Position numbers and translations under genes: made by a program. Below the pieces are notes generated by a model that was not told the DNA's origin, made no database searches, and saw only the letters and a program-made list of their open reading frames with translations. From the NCBI GenBank assembly GCA_016839945.1, contig JAEOTE010000060.1, forward strand, positions 1 through 27,305: 27,305 nt of DNA, in the 5' to 3' direction. This document shows positions 21,522 to 27,305 of this stretch, one piece after another; position 1 is the stretch's first letter, and each line of letters begins with the position of its first letter. The DNA is from Candidatus Heimdallarchaeota archaeon. Its GTDB lineage: Archaea; Asgardarchaeota; Heimdallarchaeia; Heimdallarchaeales; Heimdallarchaeaceae.

Positions 21522-23078
21522 TTAATTTTTCTTTCTTCTTCTTAATTGAGTTTTTACTATGAATATAGTAATCAATGAAAATATGCATACAGGGAAAAGA
21601 ATAGAGGTTCTCTCTAGATTCTCATTTAAAGGAAATTTATCAATAGAATTAGAAAGTCCATCGATTGCATAAGTTTTATTGTCTCCTATATCATTCCAAT
21701 AATTGCCTTCTTTCTTCTTATAATCATACCAGAGATTAACTGAACCTGAATCGCTACATTGAGAAGTTCCTTCTGGGTTATTATCAATAAAACTATTATG
21801 AAATAAAACATTAGCAGAGGATAGTGTATTTATATAGATTGAATAGTTTTCATTTTCTCTAAAGAGATTGTATAGAAATTTACAATTTGATGTAGAATCT
21901 AATGCAATGCCAAAATCACCATTATGTGAAACATTGTTATAAGTAATATTTGAAACTGTAACAGATTTTAGAAGAGCACCTCTATAATCATTTGAACTAC
22001 AATTATTTCTAGTAATTAATGATGATTTAGAATCTTCAATCCATAAACCATTTTGTTCATTTGAATGACAGTAATTATCAGAAATTAAAAGGTAATCAGA
22101 TGATTGAGTAACGATTCCCTTCAAGTTCAAATATAATATATTATATTCAATGATAGTTGAATCAGAAGATTCTATGAATATTCCAATTTGATTTTGGAAA
22201 CAAGTATTTTCTTCTACTTGAGAAGCAGTTGAGGTTTTAACGTGAATTCCGTACTCACTTAAAGAGACTATATTTCTTGAAATAGAAACAGAACCAAAAG
22301 AATATGAATAGATTCCATAATTATCACAATCTGAGCAGATATTACCTTCTATCACTGATCCATCAGAAGTATAAACATTAATGCCTTTACCATAACCATT
22401 GTTAGAAAGATCTGTTAAATGATTGTTAATAATTGATGAGGAGAAGCAATGATCAATGTAGATGCCTTCTCTTATCTTTGTTATGTTATTATATGATATC
22501 ATACTTGATTCAGAATCTACTAGTCTAATTCCAATGTTTGATGCATAACCATTCTCAGGTATTAGAGTGTTATTATCTACATTTGAATTATCTGAACGTT
22601 CTATATTAATGAAAGCTTGTCCACCTGAATAGAATAAGTTATCAACAATATCTATTGAATCAGTGTTTGTAACTACTATGCCGTTACTGATACAGTTCTG
22701 GACAGTTGCTTTATCTTCATAACAATAACTAATTTCAATACCATGCCAATCTGACTCAACATAACAATTCTGAATTATAAAATAAAAAGAGGTTGATGAG
22801 ATGTAAATCCCAACAGTTTCAGCTGTTGTAATATTTAAATTCTCAATACGATAGGGATCGTTCAAAGCTCCAGTTCCAGGAAAACCATAGTCAGAAAAGT
22901 TTCCGTCATTATCTATGTATATTGCTACATGTGGAGTTAGCGAATTTGGATTGAGATTAAGTGATATTATTTTTGATTTTGAATAAACAAATTGTGTTGG
23001 TATTGAATTTATCATAAATAAAGCAGAAACTAGTATTAGTAAACAAATAACATCTGTTTTTATTCTCATTTTACTCAT
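21522..23078 (-). CDS. Cell-surface right-handed parallel beta-helix (CASH/NosD) protein
   Basis: Signal peptide, GTG..NDPYRIENL, many GI.I..S....I..N repeats, GNYW...DKFPL, TM plus RRRKK. Confidence 0.88.
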   Translation of the reverse strand: MSKMRIKTDVICLLILVSALFMINSIPTQFVYSKSKIISLNLNPNSLTPHVAIYIDNDGNFSDYGFPGTGALNDPYRIENLNITTAETVGIYISSTSFYFIIQNCYVESDWHGIEISYCYEDKATVQNCISNGIVVTNTDSIDIVDNLFYSGGQAFINIERSDNSNVDNNTLIPENGYASNIGIRLVDSESSMISYNNITKIREGIYIDHCFSSSIINNHLTDLSNNGYGKGINVYTSDGSVIEGNICSDCDNYGIYSYSFGSVSISRNIVSLSEYGIHVKTSTASQVEENTCFQNQIGIFIESSDSTIIEYNILYLNLKGIVTQSSDYLLISDNYCHSNEQNGLWIEDSKSSLITRNNCSSNDYRGALLKSVTVSNITYNNVSHNGDFGIALDSTSNCKFLYNLFRENENYSIYINTLSSANVLFHNSFIDNNPEGTSQCSDSGSVNLWYDYKKKEGNYWNDIGDNKTYAIDGLSNSIDKFPLNENLERTSILFPVCIFSLITIFIVKTQLRRRKKN

Positions 23079-23153
23079 CTTTTTCTTTGACTATCAACTT
23101 TTATTTTAAGAAATAAAAACTTTAGCTATATTTGAAGGATTTTCTTTTCTTTT

Positions 23154-24059
23154 TCATTTTTGTATCTTCTTTCTAATAATGTAAACTAAAGAAGATGACA
23201 TAGCAACTAGAATGCATAGAGAAGAGAGAATTATATATAATCCATAAAATTCGAAGAATCTAGGATCAGTAGTATAATAAGAAATAGAAGGATTATAAAG
23301 GCTGTTAGTATTTATCCAATCCCATCGATATTTTTTCCCACCATCAATATTCATGATGTGAAAATTTGAATTTTGAGGATCATAATCTTGAACATTGTAA
23401 TCATCAGGTTGTAATCCATAAACATCAAATTCTACTCTTTCAGTTAAATTACCATACCAAATTGCACCAGTCATAACAAGGTAATATATTTTAACATATG
23501 AATTCCTTACATTTCTTCTCAAGGTACTTTCAACAGAATAAGTTATATTAGTACAGCAAAAACCTGTAAAAGAAACATTGAAAGCAATTACTGGCATTTC
23601 ATCTGCTGTGACGCCAGGAATATAGTTTCTGAGATACTCACTTTGTTCTAATGAAAGGTTTAATTCTTGGTATGATATTAGTTGGTTATCTACATTCAAA
23701 ATAATATTCCCGTTATTTGCTCCTTCAAGAAGTTCATCATGCCAAGCAAAATTATCAATTGGAATGACTACTGTAACATTTTCTGTTTGATTATAATTAT
23801 AAAAAGTATAATTACCTGAAGTAACAATATTGAATTTCAAATATTCTTTAGCATCCACATTTATGTTTACTTGAGCATTAATCATACTAATATTAAGATT
23901 ATCATGCAAAGTAAGAATACCAATATGTCTCCAAAATTTTCTATCAGTCGGAGGAACAGGCATAGGATCTGCAAAAACAGTATTATTAACTAAAGAAGAT
24001 GAGATTAAATAAAAAAACATACAGTTTAGCAAGAATAAAGCGTTTAGCTTCCTATTCAT
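23154..24059 (-). CDS. Secreted, C-terminally anchored hypothetical protein
   Basis: N-terminal signal ending VFA-DP, many N-x-S/T sequons, beta-rich body with YLVMTGAIW, terminal TM plus RKK. Confidence 0.75.
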   Translation of the reverse strand: MNRKLNALFLLNCMFFYLISSSLVNNTVFADPMPVPPTDRKFWRHIGILTLHDNLNISMINAQVNINVDAKEYLKFNIVTSGNYTFYNYNQTENVTVVIPIDNFAWHDELLEGANNGNIILNVDNQLISYQELNLSLEQSEYLRNYIPGVTADEMPVIAFNVSFTGFCCTNITYSVESTLRRNVRNSYVKIYYLVMTGAIWYGNLTERVEFDVYGLQPDDYNVQDYDPQNSNFHIMNIDGGKKYRWDWINTNSLYNPSISYYTTDPRFFEFYGLYIILSSLCILVAMSSSLVYIIRKKIQK

Positions 24060-24373
24060 TATGCAAAATTATAATTAGAAATGCATATGAATGTTCTGTT
24101 TATAGAAAAAAACCTTATCGTAAAGGTTATCTTCTTGGTAGGAGACATATCCAAGAAGGAAGGGGGTATAAATGGAAATTGTAATGCAACATATACATTT
24201 TATGAAAATAACCTTTCTACGTTGATTTTTGATGCCTTACTTTGTAATTTGATAAAACACCTTATTAGAAGGATGCAATAAATCGTTTTTGTCAAGATTC
24301 TATACATCTAGATGCAAAAAGAAAGATTAAAATTTGAATTATTAATATAAGGATAAGAAAATAGGAGATGTAA

Positions 24374-24766
24374 ATGATGAAAAGACCAGAACTTAAAGGG
24401 AACAAGGCCGAGAAATTGATTACTTTCATTTACTATAGGGATTTACAGAAAGGAATAGATTTCTATGAGAAATTTCTAGGATTTCCCTTGGAGATTGATC
24501 AAGGATTTTGTAAAATATATCGAATATCAGAATCAGGATATATTGGTATTGTTGATGAAACTAAAGGCATGCATAAATGGAATGAAATTAAACCAGTTCA
24601 AATTTGCCTACGTGTTCCTGATGTACAAGCTTTTTATGAATTTTGTAAAGAAGCAGACGTTGATGAGCTTTCAAAAATGTTTGTAAATGAGGAAATTAAG
24701 ATTAAGGCTTTTGTATTTAATGATCCAGAAGGATACCAAATTGAAATTCAAGAATCAATAGAGTAA
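24374..24766 (+). CDS. VOC family protein
   Basis: ITFIYYRDL....FYE..LG and FNDPEGYQIEIQ; SD AGGAG just upstream. Confidence 0.87.
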   Translation: MMKRPELKGNKAEKLITFIYYRDLQKGIDFYEKFLGFPLEIDQGFCKIYRISESGYIGIVDETKGMHKWNEIKPVQICLRVPDVQAFYEFCKEADVDELSKMFVNEEIKIKAFVFNDPEGYQIEIQESIE

Positions 24767-24773
24767 GAATCTT

Positions 24774-25319
24774 CTAACTTGCATCAGTTGTGGGTTTTCT
24801 TCTTTTTTCTACATCGGAGATGAAATAATCACAAGTTAGTTCTTTAAACATTACTGAGCACTTTTCGCATTCCTTGTAAGGAGAGGATCCTCTTAGAATA
24901 TTGTAGAGATAAACTCCTGGAAAAAGAAGTAGAAATAATAGAATGCTTAACCAGATTTTTGGAACAAGAATAAGAATTCCTGTATAAGCCCCTATGGCAA
25001 CACCTAATAATAATCGAAAGAGAAATTTTAGAAATTTGTTTTCAGGTTTTAATAGAAGCTGAAAAAGAGACATACAGACACCAAAGAGACCAACGGATGC
25101 TAGGATTATTGGGAGAGTTTCGAAGAAAGCTTTGAAGATAAAGAAAAGTATGGAAGAGACGATAAAGCCAAACAAAACACTAAAACATCCAACACAAAAA
25201 TATAAACTTCCAATTTTGAACACATGATTATTAAAATTGTAACAAAGAGGATGATGAGCTAAATATTGCATAGAGAAGTGTCGTAATTTTTGATTAAGGA
25301 TCTCTTTTCTCTTACTCAT
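24774..25319 (-). CDS. Multi-pass membrane protein with Cys/His clusters (DUF2085-like, tentative)
   Basis: HHPLC....H, FCVGC, about 4 hydrophobic segments, C-terminal CEKC...C. Confidence 0.65.
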   Translation of the reverse strand: MSKRKEILNQKLRHFSMQYLAHHPLCYNFNNHVFKIGSLYFCVGCFSVLFGFIVSSILFFIFKAFFETLPIILASVGLFGVCMSLFQLLLKPENKFLKFLFRLLLGVAIGAYTGILILVPKIWLSILLFLLLFPGVYLYNILRGSSPYKECEKCSVMFKELTCDYFISDVEKRRKPTTDAS

Positions 25320-25341
25320 TCCATCACCAGAGTTTCAGTAA

Positions 25342-26088
25342 TTATTCTAGAAAATAATATTGAAGATTTTTAATATCTATTTCAACAATTGAACCATTAG
25401 TTAATAATTCAGTCGGTTCACCCAAATAAGGGAGGTAACTAGAACTAACGATTATGTTCTTACCTGTTCTGTATATTTTCATTGTATAATATTTTGAATC
25501 TTTTCTATAAAATACACCCACCCAAGCTTTGCTAGGAGAAGAAAGAATAAAATTAGCTCCAGTATAATCCCAAGGTTCAATGATATTGTCAACTAGTTCC
25601 TTAGATAAGGTCCATTCATTTTGTCCCATTGCAGTTAACAATGCATAGAAGTACTTCTCTGAATCTGTTGTCCCTCTCAAGAAAAATTTTCTCTGATCGA
25701 AATTTTTTATCTGACTCTTAATAGTTCCATTGTGACCAAATACATATTCATCACCATTATACCAATAGAATGGATGATTGTTTGCTACAGATACTTTGAT
25801 GTTAGGTGAAGCTCTTCTAGCGTGTACAAGTAAAACATCTGTTTCAATTTTTTCCCAATCAGGGATAGGGGGTCGAGAGAAAATCGCTTCATTGAATCTT
25901 CGTACTTCAAAATGATCATCTTTGATGTAAGCATAACCATAACCATCATGATGATCATAAATGCTTAGTTCATTCTTCTCATGAACATCTAGTTTTACTC
26001 TTCCTCTATAGTCAGAACAAGAAGCAATGTACTCATCATAAACATTTGAGGTTACTTGGTCACCAATCTTGAGGAAGAGTCTACACAT
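25342..26088 (-). CDS. Class II (Ntn) glutamine amidotransferase, YafJ/EgtC-like
   Basis: MCRL N-terminal Cys, HHDGYG, HARRAS, NNHPF, HNG, GTTDSE. Confidence 0.9.
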   Translation of the reverse strand: MCRLFLKIGDQVTSNVYDEYIASCSDYRGRVKLDVHEKNELSIYDHHDGYGYAYIKDDHFEVRRFNEAIFSRPPIPDWEKIETDVLLVHARRASPNIKVSVANNHPFYWYNGDEYVFGHNGTIKSQIKNFDQRKFFLRGTTDSEKYFYALLTAMGQNEWTLSKELVDNIIEPWDYTGANFILSSPSKAWVGVFYRKDSKYYTMKIYRTGKNIIVSSSYLPYLGEPTELLTNGSIVEIDIKNLQYYFLE

Positions 26089-26148
26089 AATAGTCTCCTT
26101 ATTAGTAATGTTTGTTTAATCTTTTAATTTTATCTGATAATTAAAAAA

Positions 26149-27305
26149 TTAATCAGCTTCTATAATTGTAGGTACTTTTTCTATTTCTTTAGTACTAACT
26201 GTAATTATCATATCCTTTTTCTTTACAAAGAAGAAAATTATTATTGAGGATAGGATCATTATCAAAGTTGTAATTGCCATTAGTATCTCAATTCCAAAAA
26301 TGTTTACTGAACCTATGGACCACTTTACCCATCTAAACTCACCATAAACAATACCACCAATGATGGGACCTAATACTGCACCTAAATTGTTAAACATTTG
26401 AACATTTCCAAATTCTAAACCTCTTCTCTTTTCTTCTACTAAATCTGCTTGTAATGCTCGGAATGCTGGCATGTTTATTTGTTGTACTAATTGTCTGATA
26501 ATAAATACAGCAATTAAAGCATAGATTACCATTTCAAACCCTAGAAAGAAGAGGAACGTAGCTGAAAGCATTCCAGTTATAACAACTAATCCTTTTTTAC
26601 TAGTCTTATCAGCTAGATATCCACCTAGAGGATTGAAAGTTACACCAGCTATTCCGGATATCCCAAATACAATTCCAATAAATTCAGGAGTTAGAAGATA
26701 TCCATCTTCTAGAAAAAGTGATAATATCGGGAATATCATTGCAAAGTTGAAACCATTTGTAAAACTTAGAACATAAATTGCTTTAAGACTACTATTTCTC
26801 TCTTTCCAAAAGGATGGTCTAAGGAAAGAAGGTATACCTAGTCTTATTCTTCCAGTTGTCTTAAGTACTTCTTTAAGCGCAATCCAGAGTTCTTTAAGAC
26901 TCATTTTTGCTTTACCAGTTTTTGGATCAATGACCAAAAAGTTGAATGCAAGAAATGCGAGAAAAGATAAACCACCAAGTAAGAAGAAAGTTATACGGAA
27001 AGCTGAAACATCAGTATTAACCATGAGTTTTGAGAGAGAGAACAATCCACTTCCCAAAAATGGTCCAATCGCCCAACCTAGAGTTTGTGATAATATAAAC
27101 CAGCCTAGATTTCTTCCTCTATTACCTTCTTCAGAGATATCTACGATTGCTGATTCAGCTACAGGCCATACTAATGCTGATGCAATCCCTTGAAAGAATC
27201 TGACTAAAAACAATGACCAAAAAGCTTGAGCTAATCCAAAACCAAATGTAAGAAAAACATACATTGCTAATCCAACGACTATAACAGGTTTCCTACCTGC
27301 AACAT
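26149..27305 (-). CDS. MFS transporter; 5'-truncated by the window edge
   Basis: The frame stays open to the window end (..VAGRKPVIVVGLAM, MFS motif A); RFFQG, GWAIGPFLG, GYLADKTSKK, GAVLGPIIGG. Confidence 0.9.
   Translation of the reverse strand, partial: VAGRKPVIVVGLAMYVFLTFGFGLAQAFWSLFLVRFFQGIASALVWPVAESAIVDISEEGNRGRNLGWFILSQTLGWAIGPFLGSGLFSLSKLMVNTDVSAFRITFFLLGGLSFLAFLAFNFLVIDPKTGKAKMSLKELWIALKEVLKTTGRIRLGIPSFLRPSFWKERNSSLKAIYVLSFTNGFNFAMIFPILSLFLEDGYLLTPEFIGIVFGISGIAGVTFNPLGGYLADKTSKKGLVVITGMLSATFLFFLGFEMVIYALIAVFIIRQLVQQINMPAFRALQADLVEEKRRGLEFGNVQMFNNLGAVLGPIIGGIVYGEFRWVKWSIGSVNIFGIEILMAITTLIMILSSIIIFFFVKKKDMIITVSTKEIEKVPTIIEAD

Noticed and set aside
23999-24686. ORFs 23999-24184, 24081-24281 and 24495-24686
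   Set aside because: Short, overlapping each other or real genes, with no motifs or convincing start signals.
26930-27193. Plus-strand 87-aa ORF
   Set aside because: Antisense to the MFS transporter.
1-27305. CRISPR arrays, tRNA/rRNA genes, transposases or integrases
   Set aside because: No regularly spaced repeats, GC-rich structured RNA blocks or recombinase motifs were seen by eye; the window is almost fully protein-coding.

Overview
AT-rich archaeal DNA, most likely from an Asgard archaeon (Heimdallarchaeia-like; inferred from a Rag/Gtr-type small GTPase, an archaeal NreA with a PIP box, TATA boxes about 22 nt before leaderless starts, and C-terminally anchored surface proteins). The centre of the window (about 4.4-19.7 kb) is an apparently self-contained, carrier-protein-dependent fatty-acid/polyketide cluster. 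It comprises biotin carboxylase, biotin carboxyl carrier protein, carboxyltransferase, biotin ligase, an alpha/beta-hydrolase (candidate thioesterase) and a 3357-aa type I megasynthase ordered ER*(degenerate)-ER(FabK-like)-KS-MAT-KS-ACP-ACP-KR-DH-PPTase. Both ACP domains have Thr where the phosphopantetheine-accepting Ser is normally invariant (LGIDTVKQ, LGIDTIKQ), both KS domains keep a Cys-His-His triad, and the PPTase is fused in cis. The flanks hold three VOC proteins, an nreA-ycaQ DNA repair pair, membrane-anchored secreted proteins, a class II glutamine amidotransferase and a 5'-truncated MFS transporter. No rRNA, tRNA, CRISPR array or transposase was recognised. All calls come from reading motifs by eye; domain boundaries are approximate.
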